Of a DNA stretch of 64,000 nucleotides, positions 45,704 through 54,217 are shown piece by piece. A model generated the notes under the pieces. That model was given only the letters and a program-made list of their open reading frames with translations, was not told the origin of the DNA and made no database searches. The stretch's first letter is position 1. Each line of letters starts with the position of its first letter. Made by a program: the position numbers and the translations under genes. Source of the stretch: Pseudomonadales bacterium (GTDB lineage: Bacteria > Pseudomonadota > Gammaproteobacteria > Pseudomonadales > Azotimanducaceae); assembly GCA_963693125.1 (NCBI GenBank), contig OY843767.1:2795549-2859548 (forward strand), written 5' to 3'.

Positions 45704-47246
45704 GATAGGTAAATTGTGAGGACCCGGGTCGCAATGCGCGATGTGCCAGGCGTGCCCAGCGGCACAGATTCTCCCGGGTATCGCGGGGATCGATAATTTC
45801 CTCAATCTCAAAGTATTCTGCGGAACGAAACGGCGAGCGCAGCTTGTTCAGCCTCTCTTTGATCTTCGACAGGTGTTCGTCATAGTCATCCACCTCTGCC
45901 AGTTCTGCTTTGTACGCAACTTCAATACCTCCTTCGATGGGCAGGGATCCCCAGTCGCCGGAAGGCCAGGAGAATCGGAAGTGTTCACTGCCGGGTTTGG
46001 AATTGGCTGCTCCGGCAACGCCGAATGCCTTTCTGACCACGACACTGCAAAACGGCACCCCGGCCTGGCCGAGCGCCGCCAGGGCCTGAGAGCCAAGTCG
46101 AATGGTGGCGCTTTCCTCTGACTGCTTGCCGATAAGAAAGCCCGGGCAGTCCACCAGATGCACAAGAGGCAGGTGAAAGGTGGAGGCGAGGTCACAGTGT
46201 CGGACCAGCTTGCGGCATGAATCGGCTGTCCATGCACCGCCGTAGATCATCGGGTCTTCGGCGAAGACGGCAACGGGAACCCCATCCAGGCGCGCCAGTC
46301 CCGTGATGACGGATTTACCCCACTTGCAGCCGATCTCGAAGAAGGAGTCCGTGTCACAGACGGCTTCAATCACCGGACGCATTTTGTAGACCTTCCTGGG
46401 GTCGTTGGGGACCACATCAACGAGAAACCCTTCGCGGCGATCAACCGGGTCGTCACAGGGAATACGCCCGGGTATCTGATCCACATTTTCAGGCAGGTAG
46501 GAAAGAAAAGTTTTCGCCATCTCAAACGCCTCGGCTTCCGAGGATGCCTCGTCATCAATGGCACCATTTCGGGTATGTATCCGACTGGAACCCAGTTCTT
46601 CCTTGCTGACATCCCCAAGGCTGGCCCAGTCGACCAGCGCGGGTCCGGCAATCATCATCTGTGCCGTGTCCTTTACGATGACAGAGTAGTGCGATGTGGC
46701 GACCCTTGCGGCACCGATACCGGCGACGCTGCCCAGCGCCAGCGAGACCGATGGGGCGATACCCAGATGGCTGACAATGACATCCCATCCTGCGACCCTG
46801 GGAATATAGGTTCTGCCTGCGGTTTCGATGGTTTTGACAGAGCCACCGCCACCCATGCCATCGACCAGGCGGATATGCGGCAGCCGCAGTTCGGTTGCCA
46901 GACCCTCGGCCTGCATGCGTTTGGCGCCAATGGATGCGTCCGCTGAGCCGCCGCGCACGGTAAAGTCGTCCCCGGATACGATGACTGGCCGACCATTGAC
47001 CTCGGCGGTACCGAACACAAAATTGGACGGGGTAAATTGTTTCAGGTCGCCGTTTTCGTCGTACTCGCCGACACCCGCCAGTTTTCCGATCTCGTGGAAG
47101 CTGTTCTCATCGGTTATGGCATTGATCCGTTCCCGGATCGTCAATTTGCCGAATTCATGCTGGCGGGCGACCTTGTCTTCCCCGCCCATCCGCTCACTGA
47201 GCTCAGAGCGATTATTCAGTTCGGATATTTCTTTTTCCCACGACAT
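45696..47246 (-). CDS. Acyl-CoA carboxylase carboxyltransferase (beta) subunit
   Basis: 516-aa ORF. GKLTIRERI, FTVRGGS, and a two-domain crotonase-like architecture are typical of PccB/AccD. Confidence 0.8.
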   Translation of the reverse strand: MSWEKEISELNNRSELSERMGGEDKVARQHEFGKLTIRERINAITDENSFHEIGKLAGVGEYDENGDLKQFTPSNFVFGTAEVNGRPVIVSGDDFTVRGGSADASIGAKRMQAEGLATELRLPHIRLVDGMGGGGSVKTIETAGRTYIPRVAGWDVIVSHLGIAPSVSLALGSVAGIGAARVATSHYSVIVKDTAQMMIAGPALVDWASLGDVSKEELGSSRIHTRNGAIDDEASSEAEAFEMAKTFLSYLPENVDQIPGRIPCDDPVDRREGFLVDVVPNDPRKVYKMRPVIEAVCDTDSFFEIGCKWGKSVITGLARLDGVPVAVFAEDPMIYGGAWTADSCRKLVRHCDLASTFHLPLVHLVDCPGFLIGKQSEESATIRLGSQALAALGQAGVPFCSVVVRKAFGVAGAANSKPGSEHFRFSWPSGDWGSLPIEGGIEVAYKAELAEVDDYDEHLSKIKERLNKLRSPFRSAEYFEIEEIIDPRDTRENLCRWARLAHRALRPGSSQFTYRP

Positions 47247-47328
47247 GGTTTACTCGCTGACTTCCCGGACTTAATTGATCATAGCAATTTCGATACACTG
47301 CTGCCCCCCGCACGTAAAGGAGTTTCCC

Positions 47329-48030
47329 GTGGCTGTGACCAAAAAAGAGTACCGACAGGCAAAATTTCAGGCCCCGGAAGGTGCGACAGAGATTCTGCTG
47401 GTGAGGCATGGCGAATCCCGTCCGGCGACCATGGATGACCCTTTCCCTCTGGTGGATGGCCACGGCGACCCGGAACTGGCACCCCAGGGCAGGGAGCAGG
47501 CCATTGCCGTTGGTAACCGGTTGCGTCATCTTCCAGTCAGCGCCGTCTATGTCACCAGTCTCCGGCGCACGCATGAAACGGCCGCACCGCTATGCCAACA
47601 CCTGGGCATGACTCACCGTGTTGAGCCAGATTTGCGTGAAGTTCATCTGGGCGAGTGGGAGGGTGGCCTGTTGCGAATTCGTGCCCACGAAAACCACCCG
47701 ATTTATCAGGAAATGCACAAGATGCAGCGCTGGGATGTGGTTCCGGGGGCCGAGCCCACGGAGGTCTTGCGCGAAAGAGTGTTCCGGGGGCTGAACAGGA
47801 TTTCGCAGGCTCATCCTGACGAACTGGTTGTGGCTGTTGTACACGGCGGAGTGATCGGGCACATCCTTGCGGAAGCCACCGGGTCAGCGCCGTTTGCCTT
47901 TAATGGTTGCGACAATGGCAGCATCTCGAAGATTGTCATAGCAGAAGACCGCATTGTGGTGCGCGGATTCAATGATGTGAGTCACCTTTCTGACGGACCA
48001 TCTCCACAATCCACACCCACCCGGGTATAG
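47329..48030 (+). CDS. Histidine phosphatase (phosphoglycerate mutase-like) family protein
   Basis: Catalytic LLVRHGES motif. GTG at 47329 chosen, with AAGGAG 6 nt upstream. Confidence 0.75.
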   Translation: MAVTKKEYRQAKFQAPEGATEILLVRHGESRPATMDDPFPLVDGHGDPELAPQGREQAIAVGNRLRHLPVSAVYVTSLRRTHETAAPLCQHLGMTHRVEPDLREVHLGEWEGGLLRIRAHENHPIYQEMHKMQRWDVVPGAEPTEVLRERVFRGLNRISQAHPDELVVAVVHGGVIGHILAEATGSAPFAFNGCDNGSISKIVIAEDRIVVRGFNDVSHLSDGPSPQSTPTRV

Positions 48031-48032
48031 CC

Positions 48033-49529
48033 ATGAAAAATGCTTACGAAGAACTGACCGGTCACTTTCGGAAAATCGGGGACCTGCAACACGTTTACGC
48101 CATCACAAGCTGGGATGAGGCGGCGATGATGCCAACCGGTGGCGGAGAGGCCAGGGGGAAGGCTCTGGCGACGCTGGGAGTCATGATTCATGAACTCACC
48201 GTCGATGAGGCCATCGGCGACTGGATGGATGCCTGTTCCAACCTTGATCTGGATGAGTGGCAACAGGCAAACCTGAGAGAGATTCGCCGGGAGTATGACA
48301 ATGCCACCTGTCTGCCTTCGGAACTGGTCAGGGCCAGCTCGCTCGCCAGTTCAAATTGCGAGCAGGCCTGGCGCAATGCACGACAGGCCAATGACTGGGC
48401 AACGGTCAAACCGCTGCTCAAAGAAGTCGTGGCTCGGGCCAGAGACAGTGCAACGATAAGAAGTGAGCACAGTGGTCTGAGCAGGTACGACGCGATGTTG
48501 GAAACCTTTGAGCCGGGTATGCGCTCAGAAGTGGTGGATCAGTTGTTTGCCGGGTTGAAGGGCTTTCTTCCGGACTTCGTCGACGAAGTGCTGGCGGCAC
48601 AGTCCAGCAACCCGACGCTACCGCCGGGGGACAGCTTTCCGATTGAGCAACAACGCGACCTTGGGCTTCGAGTCATGAAGGTGCTGGGTTTCGATTTTGA
48701 CCACGGACGGCTGGACGTATCCCACCATCCGTTCTGCGGTGGCGTAAAGGAAGACGTTCGAATAACGACACGCTACACCACGGAAAACTTCTTTGAATCC
48801 CTGATGGCGGTGATTCATGAAACGGGCCACGCCATGTATGAACAGGGCAGGCCCAAAGGCTGGGATGGCCAGCCGGTAGGGGTCGCACGCAGTTCCGGTG
48901 TGCACGAAAGCCAGTCGTTGATGATGGAAATGCAGGCGGGACGTTCCAGGGAGTTTGTCGGATTCCTGGCACCCATTATGCGGGAAGTGTTTGGTGCATC
49001 AGACGATGATCCGGCCTGGAGCGCCGACAATCTGCATCGCCTGTGTGCGAGGGTTGAGCGTGGTCTGATTCGGGTCGACGCCGACGAAGTGACCTACCCG
49101 CTGCACGTCATCCTGCGCTATGAAATTGAGAAGTCCCTGATTGAGGGAGAGGTCGAAGTCGCTGATATCCCTGAGCTATGGGATCGGAAGATGATGACCT
49201 GCCTGAAACGCGACACTCGCGGGGATTACAGGGATGGCTGCCTTCAGGATGTGCACTGGCACGCCGGCCTCTTTGGCTACTTCCCGACCTATACGCTGGG
49301 TGCCATGATGGCCGCGCAACAGTTTGCCGCGGCGAAAAGAGAGATGCCGGATCTTGCGGAACAACTGGGTCAGGGTGATGTGCATGGTCTGCTCGGGTGG
49401 GTCAGGCGCAACATTCACCGGCAGGGCAGTCGGTTTACCGTCAGTGACCTGTTGACCCATGCCACCGGCGAGGATCTGAACGAACAGTATTTTGTGGACC
49501 ACCTGAAGGCGCGCTACCTGCCTTCCTGA
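48033..49529 (+). CDS. M32 carboxypeptidase (Taq-type metallocarboxypeptidase)
   Basis: 498-aa ORF with HPFCGG, HETGHAMYEQG (HExxH) and IRVDADEVTYPLH. Confidence 0.85.
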   Translation: MKNAYEELTGHFRKIGDLQHVYAITSWDEAAMMPTGGGEARGKALATLGVMIHELTVDEAIGDWMDACSNLDLDEWQQANLREIRREYDNATCLPSELVRASSLASSNCEQAWRNARQANDWATVKPLLKEVVARARDSATIRSEHSGLSRYDAMLETFEPGMRSEVVDQLFAGLKGFLPDFVDEVLAAQSSNPTLPPGDSFPIEQQRDLGLRVMKVLGFDFDHGRLDVSHHPFCGGVKEDVRITTRYTTENFFESLMAVIHETGHAMYEQGRPKGWDGQPVGVARSSGVHESQSLMMEMQAGRSREFVGFLAPIMREVFGASDDDPAWSADNLHRLCARVERGLIRVDADEVTYPLHVILRYEIEKSLIEGEVEVADIPELWDRKMMTCLKRDTRGDYRDGCLQDVHWHAGLFGYFPTYTLGAMMAAQQFAAAKREMPDLAEQLGQGDVHGLLGWVRRNIHRQGSRFTVSDLLTHATGEDLNEQYFVDHLKARYLPS

Positions 49530-49549
49530 GGGTTTGGGTTCCCGGGGTT

Positions 49550-49999
49550 CTAGTCTGACAGATCCCGGGTTACGGCCCGAAGCAACTGTCGGCAAGAGAT
49601 CTGTCCGATCAGTTTGCCATCTTTCATGACCGGTCTGCGCCTTCGCTTTTTTTCCAGCATGGAAGTTGCGACCCGGATAATATCGTCGTTGGCGTCAGCC
49701 ACCTCCACCTCGGTGGTCATAATGTCGCCAACCAGCGCGCCTCCCGGGTCACTGCCGTTATAGACACTGGTGACCATGGCCCGCAGGCAATCCAGTTCAG
49801 AAAGCACACCAGTCAGGTTGCCATCGGTATCAACAACGGATGCGCCGGACGCCTTATTGGCCAGGATCGTTTGTGACGCTTCGTAGACGTTCATGTCTGC
49901 GGTGACACGGACATCCTGTTCTGCGAGATATCTTTCTATGCCGGTGGACACCTGGTACCTGCCTCCCTGATTTTCATCGGAGTTTGAGCCATCTCCCAT
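49550..49999 (-). CDS. CBS-domain pair protein
   Basis: 149-aa ORF with two CBS-like repeats (VVDTDGNLTGVLSE and VMKDGKLIGQIS). Confidence 0.75.
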   Translation of the reverse strand: MGDGSNSDENQGGRYQVSTGIERYLAEQDVRVTADMNVYEASQTILANKASGASVVDTDGNLTGVLSELDCLRAMVTSVYNGSDPGGALVGDIMTTEVEVADANDDIIRVATSMLEKKRRRRPVMKDGKLIGQISCRQLLRAVTRDLSD

Positions 50000-50020
50000 G
50001 GGGATACAAGTCAGCTAAAG

Positions 50021-50767
50021 TTAAAGTCGCGCCCAGAGCGTATCAAAGCTGATCTTCATGGCGCTGCTGATCCCCTCGGAATCCAGTATAACCACGGTCT
50101 GATAGTCACCGCCAACGAGAGAAATCATGGCGCACCTGGAACCATAGATGGCAACGTAGGACGCGGGCTGGTCCCGGTTGGTGTCTTCAATCCATTTGCG
50201 ATTCGAGAGAGGGGTGTCTTCACCACCTTCGCCGATGGCGATGACATTCACATGGATGCCAGCCTTGACCCTGGCATTGGTGAACCCGGGAAAGGGTCGA
50301 TACAGATACTTTCTGATTTGTCTGGAGGAGTAGACCCGGTAATGCCTGTCTGTTGACCTGCCCACCGTCTCCAGAACATCCCGCAGCAGGTATTCGACGC
50401 CTTCGTCCCCCTCATAGTGGAAGACCCGGGTGTCACTCACGTCCGGCATGATCTGCTTGAGATCCGGCAGAATTTCCCGCTCCAGTCGGTCAGCGGCGCC
50501 GGTTGTTTGCTTCTCGACCTTGCGCGCACGACGCACAAGAACTTCCGGTGGTTCTGCGCAGAAAAAACGCCGCTTGCCCTGTGGGAAGTAGGTGACCAGT
50601 GACATGGTGCGCAGGCGCTTCAGTTCCTCATAGACGGTCCCCCGGTTAATGCCCACGGAGGCGGCGATATCGCGAATGGAACTGGGCCCCAGTTTGAGCA
50701 GGGCCAGATAGATGTCGGTCTGGCGGTTGGAGATTCCGAGTTGCGCCAGGGTTTCGTGAACAATCAT
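50021..50767 (-). CDS. TrmB-family transcriptional regulator
   Basis: 248-aa ORF with N-terminal winged HTH LGISNRQTDIYLALLKLGPSSIRDIAASVGINRGTVYEELKRL. Confidence 0.7.
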   Translation of the reverse strand: MIVHETLAQLGISNRQTDIYLALLKLGPSSIRDIAASVGINRGTVYEELKRLRTMSLVTYFPQGKRRFFCAEPPEVLVRRARKVEKQTTGAADRLEREILPDLKQIMPDVSDTRVFHYEGDEGVEYLLRDVLETVGRSTDRHYRVYSSRQIRKYLYRPFPGFTNARVKAGIHVNVIAIGEGGEDTPLSNRKWIEDTNRDQPASYVAIYGSRCAMISLVGGDYQTVVILDSEGISSAMKISFDTLWARL

Positions 50768-50821
50768 GTCATGAATCCGATGACAATAGACAAGCCGGCT
50801 TTTATATCGCTTGAATCATGC

Positions 50822-50843
50822 TTTCAGAGTTTCCTTAGAACCC
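50822..50843 (+). repeat. Solo arm of the same repeat family
   Basis: tttcagagtttccttagaaccc lies in the trmB/phyH divergent intergenic region. Confidence 0.6.
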
Positions 50844-50901
50844 GGTAGAAGTCAAATTTTTGTTGACACAACAGGTGAAAAACGGGAGCTATAATGCGCG
50901 T

Positions 50902-51681
50902 ATGAATGCCACTGCACTGACAGACATTGAACTGGCAGCTTTCCGGCGTGATGGCTATCTGGTTCGAAAGCAACTTGCCGCCGATGATCTGCGTTCGGAT
51001 ATGCGGCAAATATCAGAAGATCATCTGGCTCAGTTGATTGCTCCCATAGAGTACGAAATTGATGTCAGGTATCCCGGCGCCCCATCCGACCAAGGTTCTC
51101 CGGGCGCCAGAACCTCCCGGAGACTGCTGCAAGCCTATGCCCGCCATGAAGCCTTTCGACGCTGGGCCACCAGTGAACACGTTGATTCGATACTGAAGGG
51201 TCTTTTTGATTCGGGCGATCAGGTCATGCTGTCACAGTGCCACCACAACTGCGTCATGACCAAAGCGCCGGGCTACAGCAGCGTGACACTCTGGCATCAG
51301 GACAATCGATACTGGTCGTTTGACTTCGAGAACCTGATCAGCGTGTGGCTGGCGCTGGGCCATGAAAACAGACACAACGGATGTCTTCGCGTGATTCCGG
51401 GCTCCCATCGACCTGACTTTGATTCCGGACGATTTGATGCGGCGCTCTTTCTCAGACCTGACCTCGTGGAAAACAAGATTCTGATCGGAGAGGCTCAAGT
51501 GGTGGAACTTGAGCCGGGAGACGTTCTGTTTTTTCACAGCCGGTTGTTTCACGCTGCGGGTCGTAATCTGACTGACGACACCAAATTATCGGTGGTGTTT
51601 ACCTATCACGAGGCCGGCAACCATCCTATCCGCGATACCCGCTCTGACCAATTTCCGTCAGTCGGCCTGGGTCAGCAATGA
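50902..51681 (+). CDS. Phytanoyl-CoA dioxygenase (PhyH) family Fe(II)/2-oxoglutarate oxygenase
   Basis: Start re-picked at MNATALTD. FRRDGYLV, WHQDNRYW (HxD) and FFHSRLFHAAGRN present. Confidence 0.8.
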   Translation: MNATALTDIELAAFRRDGYLVRKQLAADDLRSDMRQISEDHLAQLIAPIEYEIDVRYPGAPSDQGSPGARTSRRLLQAYARHEAFRRWATSEHVDSILKGLFDSGDQVMLSQCHHNCVMTKAPGYSSVTLWHQDNRYWSFDFENLISVWLALGHENRHNGCLRVIPGSHRPDFDSGRFDAALFLRPDLVENKILIGEAQVVELEPGDVLFFHSRLFHAAGRNLTDDTKLSVVFTYHEAGNHPIRDTRSDQFPSVGLGQQ

Positions 51682-51913
51682 CATGAAGCCGTCGATGTAG
51701 GGCACGATCAGCGATCTGTTCACCGGCGGGCGTGAACGCAACAGAACGATTGGTTCGCTCGACCAGAGTGATGCCGAGTGACGATTCCAGTTCCCTGATG
51801 CCGGCCGACAGGGTCGACTGGCCCACGTTCAATGTAGCGGCTGCACGTCCAAAGTGGAGTTGTTCTCTGAGAGCAACCAGATACTGCAATTGTCTGATGG
51901 GGGGCAAATGCAT
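51626..51913 (-). pseudogene. Truncated LysR-family regulator: HTH domain only
   Basis: IRQLQYLVALREQLHFGRAAATLNVGQSTLSAGIRELESSLGITLVERTNRSVAFTPAGE is a complete LysR N-terminal HTH. After ~72 residues the frame runs antisense into the PhyH 3' end. No effector-binding domain is present. Confidence 0.6.
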
Positions 51914-52125
51914 ATCGTGATGATATACGAAAAGCGGCGCAGCCAGTCTGATCAGGGACGGGCTGCTGCCGGCAACGGTGACCGGATCAATACGGGTTTT
52001 GTCATAATGAATCCTCGGGGTCAGGTTGTTCAAACGATTGTTTTCCCTGTAGAATTCCCCCAGGCCAGCGTATCGTGAGGGCGAAATGTCTGGCCTGGCA
52101 GGGGTTCCGAAAGCTCGGCAATCAG

Positions 52126-52278
52126 CTAAGGAAGCTCTGAATAATAGGATTTTTTCGTGAGAGCAAGGCGGACACGCCCGCAGAAAATCGTAAAAACGCT
52201 TTAATTTTCCGATGTTTCGAGGACGGGTCCAACGCAGCTATCGCGGGAAAAGACATTATTCAGAGTTTCCCTAAAACC
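52126..52278. repeat. Short palindromic repeat element, full-length copy (~150 bp) with ~20-nt terminal inverted repeats
   Basis: Left arm ctaaggaagctctgaataat (52126-52145) matches the reverse complement of attattcagagtttccctaa (52255-52274) at 17/20. The internal block is shared with 41801-41843. Confidence 0.8.
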
Positions 52279-52349
52279 ATATATTTTTAGAGGTTGTGCA
52301 AAGCAAGCTGTGCCGCAGGACCATAAATTTCACAGAGGGATCAGATCTG

Positions 52350-54215
52350 ATGTCCGCAGTTGAAGAAATGAGCAACCGGGAGGGGGCGACTCAGGTCAGC
52401 GACATGGTCGTCCGATTTGCCGGGGATTCCGGCGATGGCATGCAGCTCACCGGTAGCAATTTTACTGAGGCGACAGCGCTTTACGGTAACGATCTTGCCA
52501 CCTTCCCCGATTTTCCCGCTGAGATTCGTGCGCCGGCGGGCGCAACTTTTGGCGTCTCGGCTTTCCAGATCTACTTTGGCTCGGACGAGGTCACCACTGC
52601 CGGAGACCAGGTCGATGTGCTGATCGCCATGAACCCTGCGGCGCTGATTACCAATCTCAAGGATCTGGTGTCAGGCGGTCTGGTGGTGGTTGATGTTGAC
52701 GCCTTCACCGACAAGAACATGAACCGTGCCGGGTATTCAAACAATCCGATTGAAGACGGTTCACTGGATGCGTATCGAGTGATCCCGATTGATATCAGCA
52801 AGCAGGTTCTGGAATCTGTCAAACCCTTTGGGTTATCCCACAAGTTTGCGGTTCGCTGTAAGAACATGTGGACCCTGGGTCTTGTGATGTGGTTGTTCGA
52901 CCGTGATCGCACGGCAACCATCGAGAACCTGGAAAAGAAATTTGCCAGCAAGCCGGATATCGCGCAGGCGAACATTGCGGCGCTGAATGCCGGTCATGCC
53001 TATGGCGAAACGGCGGAACTGCCTTCCAGCGTGGAAGTCTACAAGGTTCCCAGGGCGGAGGTACCCCCGGGGCTTTATCGCAACACGACAGGTTCAGACG
53101 CGATGGCGTATGGGTTGATTGCCGGTGGCCAGTTGGCACAACTGCCGATCACCTTTGCGTCTTATCCCATTACACCGGCTTCCAGCCTGCTGCATACACT
53201 GTCTCAGCAGAAACAGTTTGACGTTGTTACCTTTCAGGCGGAAGACGAGATCGCGGCGGTCTGTGCCGCCATCGGCGCCTCCTTTGCGGGTTCACTGGGC
53301 ATTACCTCCAGTTCCGGGCCCGGCATCTCATTGAAGGGCGAGGCCATCTCACTGGCCTGTGCGACGGAACTACCCTTGATTATTGTGAACACGCAACGTG
53401 GTGGACCATCAACGGGTCTGCCAACCAAAACCGAGCAATCTGATCTGAACCAGGCATTGTTCGGACGACATGCCGATACCATGTTGCCGGTCATTGCGTC
53501 ATCCACCTCGGTAGATTGTTTTGATGTTGCCATCGAAGCCTGTCGGCTGGCAGTGCAGTTCATGACGCCAGTGATACTGCTGAGTGACGGGTACCTTGCG
53601 AACGCTTCCGAGCCCTGGCTGGTCCCGGACATCAATGACTACGAACCCTTCCCGGTGTCCTTCGCTGACAACCCGGAAGGTTTTACGCCGGCTAACCGTG
53701 ACCCGGAAACACTTGCGCGTGTGTGGGCCAGGCCGGGCACACCGGGGCTGGAACACCGCATCGGTGGTATTGAGAAGGATTTTGAAACCGGTGATATTTC
53801 GTACGAATCGGAAAACCACCAGAAGATGACCGATGTTCGCAAGGGCAAGATTGAAGGTATCGCCCGATACATCCCCGAGCAGGGTGTCGCCACGGGTGAG
53901 ACCGGAGGCAGGCTCGTGGTAGTCGGCTGGGGTTCAACCTATGGCGCGATTCATCAGGCGGTCAAGCGATGTCGTCAGGAGAATCTGGACGTTTCTCACG
54001 TTCACATTCGGTATCTGAATCCGTTGCCCGCAAATCTGGGCGAGCTGCTTGCAGGCTATGATCAGGTGCTGGTGCCGGAAATGAATACGGGTCAGTTCGT
54101 CAACGTGGTTCGATCAAAGTTCCTGATTGATGCGAAGCCACTGAACAAGGTCTCAGGACAGCCGTTCAAGATCAGGGAAATTGAAGATGCGATCAAATCG
54201 CAACTGGAGGCGTAA
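52350..54215 (+). CDS. korA: 2-oxoacid:ferredoxin (acceptor) oxidoreductase alpha subunit
   Basis: Start re-picked at MSAVEEMS, with GAGGGA upstream, giving 621 aa. FAGDSGDGMQLTG and YPITPAS present. Confidence 0.8.
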   Translation: MSAVEEMSNREGATQVSDMVVRFAGDSGDGMQLTGSNFTEATALYGNDLATFPDFPAEIRAPAGATFGVSAFQIYFGSDEVTTAGDQVDVLIAMNPAALITNLKDLVSGGLVVVDVDAFTDKNMNRAGYSNNPIEDGSLDAYRVIPIDISKQVLESVKPFGLSHKFAVRCKNMWTLGLVMWLFDRDRTATIENLEKKFASKPDIAQANIAALNAGHAYGETAELPSSVEVYKVPRAEVPPGLYRNTTGSDAMAYGLIAGGQLAQLPITFASYPITPASSLLHTLSQQKQFDVVTFQAEDEIAAVCAAIGASFAGSLGITSSSGPGISLKGEAISLACATELPLIIVNTQRGGPSTGLPTKTEQSDLNQALFGRHADTMLPVIASSTSVDCFDVAIEACRLAVQFMTPVILLSDGYLANASEPWLVPDINDYEPFPVSFADNPEGFTPANRDPETLARVWARPGTPGLEHRIGGIEKDFETGDISYESENHQKMTDVRKGKIEGIARYIPEQGVATGETGGRLVVVGWGSTYGAIHQAVKRCRQENLDVSHVHIRYLNPLPANLGELLAGYDQVLVPEMNTGQFVNVVRSKFLIDAKPLNKVSGQPFKIREIEDAIKSQLEA

Positions 54216-54217
54216 CC

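Noticed and set aside
50767-50785. A 6-bp inverted repeat, tgtcat-N7-atgaca, overlaps the trmB start codon and could be an autoregulatory operator.
   Set aside because: It is a very short palindrome that is expected by chance, and there is no second copy.
50863-50895. Perfect TTGACA (50863-50868) and TATAAT (50890-50895) hexamers sit just before the PhyH ATG. That raises the possibility of a leaderless transcript.
   Set aside because: The spacer is 21 nt by my count, outside the 16-19 nt window for sigma-70. It is not reportable as a promoter without TSS data.
52124-52256. A 44-codon minus-strand ORF (MSFPAIAALDPSSKHRK...IIQSFLS) lies inside the long repeat copy. A related 19-codon plus-strand ORF (MSFSAITALDPSALYSELP, 41808-41867) lies in the short copy.
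   Set aside because: The shared N-terminus simply reflects the shared 43-nt DNA block. The three nucleotide differences include two nonsynonymous changes, and the C-termini are unrelated. There is no evidence for coding selection.
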